A stretch of 64,000 bases of DNA. Source: an uncultured Candidatus Saccharibacteria bacterium. Lineage in GTDB: Bacteria > Patescibacteriota > Minisyncoccia > Phycocordibacterales > UBA3531. A program made the translations under genes and the position numbers. The DNA is taken from assembly GCA_964361405.1 (NCBI GenBank), contig CAYIAA010000002.1, forward strand, positions 5,299 to 69,298, written 5' to 3'. The stretch's first letter is position 1, and the number at the start of each line of letters is the position of its first letter. This document shows, one piece after another, positions 56,652 to 64,000 of the stretch. A model generated the notes under the pieces. The model had not been told where the DNA came from. It made no database searches and saw only the letters and a list, made by a program, of their open reading frames with translations.

Positions 56652-57103
56652 TGCCGCACACGTTTTTCATATCCGCTCTTCTTACTAGTTTCTTTCTCCC
56701 CGTAGTGGCATTTGGAGCGCTTGTTACGTGCGGCACGTCAACAACTGCACCTTGCACAATCTGCGACTTCTATCAGCTCGTAAAGACGCTTACTGATTTT
56801 CTCCTCATCATCATCGTACCGCTTGCGATACTTGCCTTGGCTGTAGGCGGGATTTATTTACTCGCGGCAGGCGGTAGGGAGTCATGGGTGTCGCGCGGCA
56901 AGGAAATTATATGGTCGGCCGTTATCGGGGTATTGATCGCGCTCGTTGCGTGGATTGCAGTGAATACGATTATGTCGCTTTTGATTGATCCTGTTACGTT
57001 CCCCTTGCCGTGGAATCAATTTCCATCGTGTTCTACTGCACCGGGGTCATCAAGCGGCAGTGCGGGTGGTTTCCGTGGCGGTGGCGCAAGCGGCAGTTTT
57101 TAA
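56648..57103 (+). CDS. pilin-like small secreted/membrane protein P1 (T4SS-pilin/TrbC-VirB2-like), divergent member
   Basis: Signal peptide, core LLIIIVPLAILALAVGGIYLLAAGG ... IIWSAVIGVLIALVAWIAVN, extra Cys pairs, Gly-rich tail. Confidence 0.55.
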   Translation: MMPHTFFISALLTSFFLPVVAFGALVTCGTSTTAPCTICDFYQLVKTLTDFLLIIIVPLAILALAVGGIYLLAAGGRESWVSRGKEIIWSAVIGVLIALVAWIAVNTIMSLLIDPVTFPLPWNQFPSCSTAPGSSSGSAGGFRGGGASGSF

Positions 57104-57128
57104 CAGCGAATTACATTTCAGACTTCAT

Positions 57129-57545
57129 ATGAAAAACCTTGTCCACAGCTTTAAAAAAACGTTATTTCATAAAGCTTTTTTTTGGTCTATCCTTAGCCTA
57201 GGTGTTCTGGGGATAGAGAAGGCGTATGCAACACATATACCTGGGCATTCGTCTGGGGGGCCAACTCCGCCCTCGACTGGCGACGGACTCACTAACCCGT
57301 TGAGGGCCGACAGTCTTGTTGAACTTCTTGAAGGGTTTGTAGAAGTAATTCTCACTGTTGCCATTCCCATTGCGGCAGTATTCATCATCTACGCCGGACT
57401 TCTCTTTGTGACGGCTGGCGGCAATGAGACCAAGATCGCATCGGCGAAAAAGACGTTTTACTGGACTATTATCGGTGTAACGGTGCTTCTTGGCGCAAGT
57501 ATCATCATTCGAGTGATTACGGAGACCGTGACGGGGCTGAACTAG
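57129..57545 (+). CDS. pilin-like protein P2 (T4SS-pilin/TrbC-VirB2-like)
   Basis: Core VEVILTVAIPIAAVFIIYAGLLFVTAGGNETKIASAKKTFYWTIIGVTVLLGASIIIRVI. Confidence 0.6.
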   Translation: MKNLVHSFKKTLFHKAFFWSILSLGVLGIEKAYATHIPGHSSGGPTPPSTGDGLTNPLRADSLVELLEGFVEVILTVAIPIAAVFIIYAGLLFVTAGGNETKIASAKKTFYWTIIGVTVLLGASIIIRVITETVTGLN

Positions 57546-57620
57546 CCGAACTCGCTTTACCAGAAATAATACAAAGGTCGTTCTTAATTTATTAACAGTT
57601 TAAGTTTGAGGTCGTTCACA

Positions 57621-57983
57621 ATGAATAAACTTGCAAAAGTCGTATCAGGTGGTGTCACTAGCTCCATCCTATTGCCCCTCTTCGCATTTGCGCAGGCGGG
57701 GAGTATAGAGGAGTTATTCGACACGATCTTTAATCTCCTGAACCAGCTCGTCCCTATTCTCATCGCCATTGCGGTTGTGTATTTCATCTGGGGAGTGTTG
57801 CAGTTCGTTACCGCAGGTGCTGACGAGGAAAAAAGGAAGAGCGGACGAAACACAATGATTTTTGGCATTATTGCCATCTTTGTCATTGTATCGGTGTGGG
57901 GATTGGTGAATATTCTCGAGGGAACATTCGGTCTCTCGGAGGAGGGAGCACTTCCGGGTCCAGAATTGCCTTCACCGAGATAA
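57621..57983 (+). CDS. pilin-like protein P3
   Basis: Signal peptide ending AQA; core LVPILIAIAVVYFIWGVLQFVTAGADEEKRKSGRNTMIFGIIAIFVIVSVWGLVN. Confidence 0.6.
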   Translation: MNKLAKVVSGGVTSSILLPLFAFAQAGSIEELFDTIFNLLNQLVPILIAIAVVYFIWGVLQFVTAGADEEKRKSGRNTMIFGIIAIFVIVSVWGLVNILEGTFGLSEEGALPGPELPSPR

Positions 57984-57990
57984 GTCTTAC

Positions 57991-58269
57991 ATGAGCGTTT
58001 TGATTGCCGTTGCCCATGCCCAGGGCACGGCGGAGCGCTTTGTTGGGAGGTTGGTTGGTGATGTTCTCCAGCCGATTGTCTACCTCTTAATCACTCTTGC
58101 GATAGTTTTCTTCCTCTGGGGTGTTGTTCAATTTATTAGCGGCGCGGATAATGCGGAGCGCGTCGGAGAAGGACGAAACCACATACTCTGGGGGCTTGTT
58201 GGACTCTTCATCATGGTGAGCGTCGTTGGCATTATGAACTTACTGTGTAACTCAATAGGGGCTTGCTAA
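57991..58269 (+). CDS. pilin-like protein P4
   Basis: Core LQPIVYLLITLAIVFFLWGVVQFISGADNAERVGEGRNHILWGLVGLFIMVSVVGIMN; TAATG overlap with P5. Confidence 0.6.
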   Translation: MSVLIAVAHAQGTAERFVGRLVGDVLQPIVYLLITLAIVFFLWGVVQFISGADNAERVGEGRNHILWGLVGLFIMVSVVGIMNLLCNSIGAC

Positions 58270-58622
58270 TGCGAAAAATACTGGATTGGAGTGTCTTCTT
58301 GGTCATAATTCTCGCGCTTATCGCATTCCCGAAAGGGGTTGGGGCACAGGTGGATGACCTTGGTGACCTCGTTGAGGTGATACTTGAACTCTTGAATAGC
58401 GTTGTTGCACTCATCGTCGCCCTCGCGGTTGTGATCTTCATCTGGGGTATTCTCAAATATATTAGCGCTGGCGAGAGTGAGGAGAAGATTCGCGAAGGAA
58501 GAAACTATATTATCTACGGAATCATCGGTATCTTCGTCATGGTAAGTGTTTGGGGATTGGTAGCTCTTCTCTCGAATACCTTTCAGCTCGATACGTCGAG
58601 TTTGCCAACACCGAATATTTAA
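58269..58622 (+). CDS. pilin-like protein P5
   Basis: Signal peptide ending GAQ; core VVALIVALAVVIFIWGILKYISAGESEEKIREGRNYIIYGIIGIFVMVSVWGLVA. Confidence 0.6.
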   Translation: MRKILDWSVFLVIILALIAFPKGVGAQVDDLGDLVEVILELLNSVVALIVALAVVIFIWGILKYISAGESEEKIREGRNYIIYGIIGIFVMVSVWGLVALLSNTFQLDTSSLPTPNI

Positions 58623-58685
58623 GGGGAAGAGGAGGAGGAGATAGCGCAAAGTGTCTATTTCCGGAACGACCTCATCTAAAAAAAG

Positions 58686-58724
58686 AAGAGGAGCAGGGGG
58701 ATTGAACCCCGTGCTCCTCTTTTG
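58686..58724 (+). terminator. rho-independent terminator of the pilin-like array
   Basis: AAGAGGAGCA-GGGGgattgaaCCCCg-TGCTCCTCTT followed by TTT. Confidence 0.65.
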
Positions 58725-58775
58725 CGTCTCATATTTCCCAAAGGAATAGGACGTTTGTGTACTTTTTTCTTTGAT

Positions 58776-59432
58776 CTACCTCCTAGTCGGTTTTTCGTTG
58801 AAGGTCACGGGTTCGTAGGTATGGTCACCTGCTCTGTCACCAGTTAAAAGTTTTCCTTGGCAGGAAAACTTTTTTCCTACTTGTCTACAGGCAAGCCACC
58901 CGCTTCGCTCATGGAAGCCATCTGCAGTGTTTGACCATCGCCAGCTTGCTTCCACCGGTTTCCCGAAGTTGTTCTCCGGGAACGGCTTTGTGCGGATCTC
59001 ACCTTCCGGTTCGTAGTAAGCCCACCTTCCTGTTCCTCTATAGACGATGACCACTTGGACATACCCACTACTTGGGTACTCGAGGTGAGCCGTGGCGGAC
59101 ATACATCTGTCGGCGGGAATCAACCCTTCCTGAAATTCTTCGACTTCATTTCCAATTCCCATATCAATGCCACCGAAGCAGTATGTGCCTTCCCGATTTG
59201 CGAAGAGTTCTGAAAGACCGGAGACGTTTGGATACCGATGCCAACCGAGATAGAGAGCAACTAGAACGCAGACGACAAGTGTTCCGATGAAGAACTGCCG
59301 TTTCGATGGCCGTTCCACATCCTGTACCAAACTTGCCGTTGTTGCCAGTAGCCTGCCCCCGTATCTTCTCGAAAGTCCCACGAGGACAATTGCAAGAAGC
59401 CCAACGACGAGAAGAATAACTTCAGGACGCAT
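58776..59432 (-). CDS. hypothetical membrane protein (2 N-terminal TM + soluble domain), possible SPFH partner
   Basis: Operon-like 4-nt spacing after the SPFH gene; TM helices VILLVVGLLAIVLVGL and FIGTLVVCVLVALYLGW. Confidence 0.4.
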   Translation of the reverse strand: MRPEVILLVVGLLAIVLVGLSRRYGGRLLATTASLVQDVERPSKRQFFIGTLVVCVLVALYLGWHRYPNVSGLSELFANREGTYCFGGIDMGIGNEVEEFQEGLIPADRCMSATAHLEYPSSGYVQVVIVYRGTGRWAYYEPEGEIRTKPFPENNFGKPVEASWRWSNTADGFHERSGWLACRQVGKKFSCQGKLLTGDRAGDHTYEPVTFNEKPTRR

Positions 59433-59435
59433 GCG

Positions 59436-60608
59436 CTACCCCTTTTCTTCCGGGGGAGTTTCTCTGTCACCGTCCTTCAGGCTACCAGCAATCCCGCTTG
59501 CGACCCCAATGAGTTCCGCGAGCCCGCCAGTGCCGACAATGACCGTCTTCTGACCTGGGTTCTCGGTGATTACCCGCGCGGTTTCTGCACCAAGAACTGC
59601 CATAGCTGGAACACCAAGTTCCGTCGCCTGTCTCTTGTAGCCGGCAGTACGACCGTCGATACGAGCTTGTTCTCCAAGTCCGTCACCTTCGCCCTCAAGC
59701 CGACGCTTCTCTTTTTCACCTTCCGCTGTCGTCATGGTAGCAACTTTTTGTGCAGCTGCCATTGACATCTTCTGAATTTCCTCATTCAACGAGTGAGCTG
59801 GAAGCAACTGCTTGATTTGAACTGTCGCCATTGATATGCCGAAGTCGTTGTTGTCCGCAAATTCTTCAACCGCCCGCCTTGCTTTCTCGGTGTAACGGTT
59901 GAGATCTTTGTTGATGACCGCTGGAGTAAACTTTCCGAAGTCATCAGCGATCGCTCCGAGCGCGATATCGTTCAGTATTCGATCTGCTTCCCCAGTTGTC
60001 CCGACCGTTGTCAGGAACTTGCAGAAGTCATCGATGCGGTAGACCGCGAAGATGGGAACTTCAAGCGTTACCCGTCGATTGAGCGGGTCATCTTCGCCCA
60101 GATCCCGTCTGGGGTCATTGGGATCATTGGTGTCAGGTTTCGACGGATAGCCGAAGGTGATCCTATTCGGAGGAAAAAATCCTTCCGGTGAAGTACCATC
60201 CCCACGATAGATTTTTTCTGGGTTCGCTGGCCACTCCCGTTCGATGTTGAGTCTCGCCTCCTCCTCTAGAGTGCAGATGAAGAGTGGAACAAAACAAAGA
60301 CCAGATGACACGTTATAGATCGGCTTACCGAAGAGTAGAACAGCTCCAAGTCTCGTTGGGCCAACTATTTTGAAGCTTGCCACTATGTAGAGCATTTGTA
60401 GTACCAGGAGTAAGCCTCCCGCACTCCACTCTACTTCGAAGAAGGAATCCTTGAACGTAGTTCCTTGGAGTTGGAGAACGATCTCGATCGCGAAAAAGAT
60501 AACACTCACAAAGCCAACCACGACCCAGAACGACCATATCTTTCGAGCTAATGGTTCTGAGGGTATCTGTGCAGGAGGTTGTTCCTGCCTCTCTGGTTCG
60601 GGTATCAC
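59436..60608 (-). CDS. SPFH/band-7 (stomatin/flotillin-like) domain protein
   Basis: N-terminal TM, band-7 core (VGPTRLGAVLLFGKPIYNV ... TLEVPIFAVYRIDD), C-terminal coiled coil (EKEKRRLEGEGDGLGEQARIDG). Confidence 0.7.
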   Translation of the reverse strand: MIPEPERQEQPPAQIPSEPLARKIWSFWVVVGFVSVIFFAIEIVLQLQGTTFKDSFFEVEWSAGGLLLVLQMLYIVASFKIVGPTRLGAVLLFGKPIYNVSSGLCFVPLFICTLEEEARLNIEREWPANPEKIYRGDGTSPEGFFPPNRITFGYPSKPDTNDPNDPRRDLGEDDPLNRRVTLEVPIFAVYRIDDFCKFLTTVGTTGEADRILNDIALGAIADDFGKFTPAVINKDLNRYTEKARRAVEEFADNNDFGISMATVQIKQLLPAHSLNEEIQKMSMAAAQKVATMTTAEGEKEKRRLEGEGDGLGEQARIDGRTAGYKRQATELGVPAMAVLGAETARVITENPGQKTVIVGTGGLAELIGVASGIAGSLKDGDRETPPEEKG

Positions 60609-60777
60609 AATTATTTTCCTTTCCCTTTCCGCTGAATAGCGTGAGGTAGAGTTACTGTCAAAGAAAGCATCACTTTGATGCTAATCTGTACTTAACTATG
60701 CATATTTATTGTGAAAAGTCAAGGTGCTACGACTGTAGAATACTTATAGTGGGAATTACTCACAAGTTTGTATGCAA

Positions 60778-60828
60778 AATAAAAAAGGCCGCCAAATTAA
60801 CCTAAAGGTTGAATATTGGCGGTCCTTT
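60778..60828 (-). terminator. rho-independent terminator (minus strand)
   Basis: AAAGGACCGCCAA-loop-TTGGCGGCCTTT on the minus strand followed by TTTTTTATTTT. Confidence 0.5.
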
Positions 60829-60851
60829 GTGAGGCCATGGAAAGTCAAGAC

Positions 60852-61175
60852 CTACACCTGCTTCTCCTGTGGTTTCTCTGACTCCTCGATGATAATATCG
60901 AAGACCTTATCGAGAAACCTTTTTGCTCCTTCCTTGTCTCCACTGCTGATATAGACAGCCAGGATTTCTTCTATCTGACGGCGACGTGTCGAGCCGTTGG
61001 GAAGGAACTTACCGAATCCTGTCCCACCAATGATGAGGGATGCTCGGTATTCCCAGGTCTGCAGTGGATGCCCATTTTCCTTTTCCACTGCTTTGTGTAG
61101 TGCTGTGCGGATGATTTCTCGAGTAGCGCTAATCTCTTGCTTCAACAGGTCGGAAAGATTCATCATAAACCTCAA
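60852..61175 (-). CDS. hypothetical protein (about 103-107 aa)
   Basis: Lies downstream of the minus-strand tRNA cluster and has its own terminator; no recognised family. Confidence 0.4.
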   Translation of the reverse strand: MRFMMNLSDLLKQEISATREIIRTALHKAVEKENGHPLQTWEYRASLIIGGTGFGKFLPNGSTRRRQIEEILAVYISSGDKEGAKRFLDKVFDIIIEESEKPQEKQV

Positions 61176-61268
61176 TTTTTAGAGAAGGGCTTGCGGGAAC
61201 GACTTGCTCCTACTAACTTCTCCAACTTCCGTCAGCAACATGTCATATTTGTTGATAGTTTGTCAAGG

Positions 61269-61351
61269 TGCCGGGGGAGAGACTTGAACTCTCACGAGCT
61301 TGCGCTCACAAGGTCCTAAACCTTGCGTGTCTGCCATTCCACCACCCCGGC
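61269..61351 (-). tRNA. tRNA-Leu (anticodon TAG)
   Basis: Reverse complement: GCCGGGG ... anticodon stem CAAGG/CCTTG, loop TTTAGGA, long variable arm, T-arm GAGAG-TTCAAGT-CTCTC. Confidence 0.85.
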
Positions 61352-61381
61352 TTATGCGAACATACCGGTTTGAGTTCTCGC

Positions 61382-61454
61382 TCCGCCCACCAGGATTCGA
61401 ACCTGGGACCGTTCGCTTAAGAGGCGACTGCTCTACCGACTGAGCTATGGGCGG
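61382..61454 (-). tRNA. tRNA-Lys (anticodon CTT)
   Basis: Reverse complement: CCGCCCA-TA-GCTC-AGTCGGTA-GAGC, anticodon loop CTCTTAA, T-arm CCAGG-TTCGAAT-CCTGG; G27-A43 mismatch. Confidence 0.8.
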
Positions 61455-61533
61455 AGCGAGAACTCAAACAGAGTTACTAGTTTTACTATTTTTTTGACAA
61501 ATATCTTCCCTTCGTTTTATTTTTTTTCCAACG

Positions 61534-61621
61534 TGGTGCCCGGGGTGGGGGTCGAACCCACATGAGCTTTCGCTCACAACATTTTAAGTGTTGTGCGTCT
61601 ACCAAATTTCGCCACCCGGGC
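61534..61621 (-). tRNA. tRNA-Leu (anticodon TAA), CCA encoded
   Basis: Reverse complement: GCCCGGG ... anticodon stem CAACA/TGTTG, loop CTTAAAA, long variable arm, T-arm GTGGG-TTCGACC-CCCAC, 3' ACCA. Confidence 0.85.
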
Positions 61622-61646
61622 TTTCTAGGTATTTTGATTTACCTTA

Positions 61647-61718
61647 AGGCCTGGGGGAGAATCGAACTCCCGTGTAAGGGTTTTGCAGACCCTCGCCTTA
61701 CCACTTGGCTACCAGGCC
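61647..61718 (-). tRNA. tRNA-Cys (anticodon GCA)
   Basis: Reverse complement: GGCCTGG-TA-GCC-AAGTGGTAA-GGC, anticodon loop CTGCAAA, T-arm GGGAG-TTCGATT-CTCCC, U73 discriminator. Confidence 0.85.
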
Positions 61719-61729
61719 ACTTTTTTTAT

Positions 61730-62053
61730 CTAGAGCGTGTCAAGGAGCTCATCGATGCGGTTCCGATTTTTCTCTCCGCTGTCGGCGATGAACGTGAAGC
61801 GGGGCACGGTCCTCATTTTGGTTTGCGAGTTGATAAAAGAACGCAGTCTGCCCGAGAGCGCCTCAAGCTTTCGGAGTACTTCCCCCTCCTCAATTTCAGG
61901 GTAGATACTTACGCGCACTACTGCCCCACCCAAGTCTTTTCTCAAGTCACAGCCGGTTACGGTGATTACCGCCGTTTTAACTCCGTGGGTTTTAAGAAAA
62001 TCTCCGGCTAAATTCCTAAAGAGCGCCTCAAGACGCTTCTTTCTCTCGGGCAT
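61730..62053 (-). CDS. rbfA: ribosome-binding factor A
   Basis: RLEALFRNLAGDFLKT ... AVITVTGCDLRKDLGGAVVRVSI; immediately downstream of infB. Confidence 0.85.
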   Translation of the reverse strand: MPERKKRLEALFRNLAGDFLKTHGVKTAVITVTGCDLRKDLGGAVVRVSIYPEIEEGEVLRKLEALSGRLRSFINSQTKMRTVPRFTFIADSGEKNRNRIDELLDTL

Positions 62054-62065
62054 GAGTGAATGCTA

Positions 62066-63670
62066 CTAGAGCGAGCCGGAACTTTCAACGTCCGGAGTCC
62101 TGCCTACCGGCCTAGCCCGGCTGACACCGGTAGGCAGGGCAGGCAGGCCTTTCAATTCGTCTCCGAGCGCAATCGAAGTTTTCGCTTCAACCATAATTCC
62201 GGCGTGTGTTCCTTCACTGGCCTCGGCGGCGGCGACTCGATCAACTTGAAGCTCAATGATTTTACCTTTCCCGATTTCAAAATTGTTGCGGAGGATTGAG
62301 ACACCCGCTCCCTTTTTGAAGGTACCTTCACTCACGGCTACTCCGACGAGCTGACGGGACTTTGTTTTTCCGAAGAGCTTAATCACTTTTCCGGTGATAC
62401 GCTCTTCCGGAACGGGCGGTGGCGGTAAGCGTCTTTTAATCTCGCTCGCGAGAAATTCAGTCAATTTGTAAATCACGTCGAAGGTGTGTGGGGTAATTTT
62501 GTATCGGTCGAGGAGGTCTTTAGTTTTCCGATCAACACCCACGTGGAATCCAAGCATGATTGGGTCTTCGGCGGTTGCGGCGAGTTTAATGTCGCCCTCT
62601 CCGATGTCTCCGATACCCTTCGCAAGAATTTTGATCCGTGCGGGAAGAACGGAGAGTTTACCGAGCTCATGCTCAAGCGCCTCCATCGTTCCATTCGCAT
62701 CGGTTTTGATTATGATCGGGATAACCGTTTCTTCGGAGGGTTCGTTTTTCTCTCGTCCGGGGACTCGGGTGCGTTCACCTACTCTCCGCGCGGCAAGCTC
62801 TTTTTGATACAGGTCCACCTCTCCTTTTGAGCGGAGAGTTTTTAACACTGACCCCGGTTCAGGGAGATCGCGGAGGCCGTAGATATGCGCCGGGGATGAC
62901 GCAGAGAGTTCCGAGACACTCTTTCCGAGGAAGTTTTCTAGGCGCTTTATTTTAACCGGTTCACAGCCATAAACCGCCACCAATTCTCCAGAGAGAAGCG
63001 TGCCGTTTTTGATGATAGCCACTGCGAGGATTCCCGAGCGCGGTTCAACGCGGGACTCAAGGATAAATCCTTCCGCTCCCGTTTCCGGATTTTGTTTGAG
63101 TTCAGCAAGGTCGGCTATCAGAAGGATTATGTCAAGAAGTTCCGGGATTCCTTCACCGTTTTTTGCCGAGACCGGCACGGCGGGAACTGAGCCGCCATAA
63201 CCCTCGATGTAGACCCCCGCTTCGGCAAGTTGTTGTTTTACCAAGTTCGGGTTTGCAGACGGGCGATCCATCTTCGTTATGGCAACCACAAAGGGTGTTT
63301 TTGATTCCTCGAGAAGCTTAATGCACTCGAGTGTTTGAGGTTTTACTCCTTCTTCGGCGGAGACGACGAGAATGGCGACGTCTGCCACACTCGTGCCACG
63401 GCTCCGCATAGTGGTGAACGCTTCATGTCCCGGCGTATCGATGAAAGTGATTCGTCGCGGAGTGCCATCCTCGCCTTGGTGAGTGATTTCGTAAGCACTC
63501 GTATGTTGGGTGATACCACCGGCTTCTCCTAAAACGGTATTTGCTTTTCTGATGTAATCGAGGAGTGTTGACTTCCCGTGGTCAACATGTCCAAGCACGG
63601 TCACTACAGGCGGCCGTGAAAGCGGTTTCTTGAGAGTGTGAATTTCGGTTTTGTCTCGTTTTGGTTTCAT
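62066..63670 (-). CDS. infB: translation initiation factor IF-2 (short form, 534 aa)
   Basis: [24 protein letters not shown]; beta-barrel and C-terminal domains present, N-terminal domains absent. Confidence 0.9.
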   Translation of the reverse strand: MKPKRDKTEIHTLKKPLSRPPVVTVLGHVDHGKSTLLDYIRKANTVLGEAGGITQHTSAYEITHQGEDGTPRRITFIDTPGHEAFTTMRSRGTSVADVAILVVSAEEGVKPQTLECIKLLEESKTPFVVAITKMDRPSANPNLVKQQLAEAGVYIEGYGGSVPAVPVSAKNGEGIPELLDIILLIADLAELKQNPETGAEGFILESRVEPRSGILAVAIIKNGTLLSGELVAVYGCEPVKIKRLENFLGKSVSELSASSPAHIYGLRDLPEPGSVLKTLRSKGEVDLYQKELAARRVGERTRVPGREKNEPSEETVIPIIIKTDANGTMEALEHELGKLSVLPARIKILAKGIGDIGEGDIKLAATAEDPIMLGFHVGVDRKTKDLLDRYKITPHTFDVIYKLTEFLASEIKRRLPPPPVPEERITGKVIKLFGKTKSRQLVGVAVSEGTFKKGAGVSILRNNFEIGKGKIIELQVDRVAAAEASEGTHAGIMVEAKTSIALGDELKGLPALPTGVSRARPVGRTPDVESSGSL

Positions 63671-63724
63671 AGAGAATAGAAAATGAAAGAGCGTGGCGGT
63701 GAAAAGCGATGTCTATCGCCATAA

Positions 63725-63985
63725 TTAGTTTGCCGGTGGTTTTTCGCTTGCTCGAGTGATTGCTCCTTCTTCCTCGCGTGAGAGTTCGTAGCTTGACTTC
63801 AAGTTTTTGACCGGCTTCGCGTAGATGCTTGTCCGTTCTCGAGAATAAAGGCTTGATAAAACGATTCCATCACCGTCTTCATTTAAGAGGGCGGCGGCAA
63901 AACTTTGGTTTCCCCCAGAGTCGGGGAATGCATTAAATCGGAGGACATGGGATCCGCGCAATGCCTTTTTGAGCCGAGTGTTCAT
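63725..63985 (-). CDS. hypothetical protein upstream of infB (possibly partial or continuing beyond the window)
   Basis: ORF only; no ylxR or L7Ae motif recognised. Confidence 0.25.
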   Translation of the reverse strand: MNTRLKKALRGSHVLRFNAFPDSGGNQSFAAALLNEDGDGIVLSSLYSRERTSIYAKPVKNLKSSYELSREEEGAITRASEKPPAN

Positions 63986-64000
63986 GTCTTCAAGTCTGAT

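Noticed and set aside
60990-61320. Small plus-strand ORFs (61 and 60 aa) near the tRNA cluster
   Set aside because: They overlap the 60852-61175 minus-strand gene or tRNA-Leu; no translation signals.
1-64000. CRISPR arrays, rRNA genes, transposases or integrases
   Set aside because: No regularly spaced direct repeats of 3 or more units, no 16S/23S/5S signatures, and no DDE or tyrosine-recombinase motifs were seen in any ORF.

Overview
This 64 kb window is densely coded on both strands and reads as a reduced-genome bacterium. A Candidate Phyla Radiation (Patescibacteria)-like origin is an inference from three things: unusually short core proteins (ValRS 715 aa, IF2 534 aa, S1 371 aa); many small membrane or secreted proteins of unknown function; and a tandem array of pilin-like genes. 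Overall GC looks moderate, with a few clearly GC-richer pockets. Recognisable housekeeping genes include pyrG (3' part), groES/groEL, secG, nrdJ (class II ribonucleotide reductase), murJ, lepA, valS, tsaD, tsaC, ftsA, ftsZ, ybeY, rpsU, hisS, lepB, pth, rpsA, gyrA, rbfA, infB and rnj. Stable RNAs are 13 tRNAs (Gln, Ser-GGA, Gly, Arg, Phe, Val, Glu, Ser-CGA, Leu-TAG, Lys, Leu-TAA, Cys) and an RNase P RNA. I found no rRNA, CRISPR array or transposase. The most interesting structures are: (1) five tandem paralogous pilin-like genes of the T4SS/TrbC-VirB2 type with upstream partners (54.8-58.7 kb); (2) a UvrD helicase fused to an Fe-S PD-(D/E)xK nuclease, followed by a GC-rich Zn-motif gene and a standalone Cas4-like nuclease (11.5-16.1 kb); (3) a tRNA-Arg locus with a 17-nt direct repeat of the tRNA 3' end, a duplicated 5' fragment and a family of CCCGAC/GTCGGG hairpins, which looks like an integration scar (37.15-37.5 kb); (4) excisionase-like HTH genes beside stable-RNA genes, one intact next to rnpB and one truncated abutting tRNA-Ser; (5) GC-rich mini-genes with G-rich SD sequences and private terminators; (6) a C39-like peptidase plus a Cys-rich protein directly after tRNA-Ser; (7) a groESL promoter carrying a perfect 11-bp inverted repeat in place of CIRCE. 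Coordinates were checked against ORF-track arithmetic wherever an anchor was available; non-anchored RNA ends may be off by 1-2 nt.
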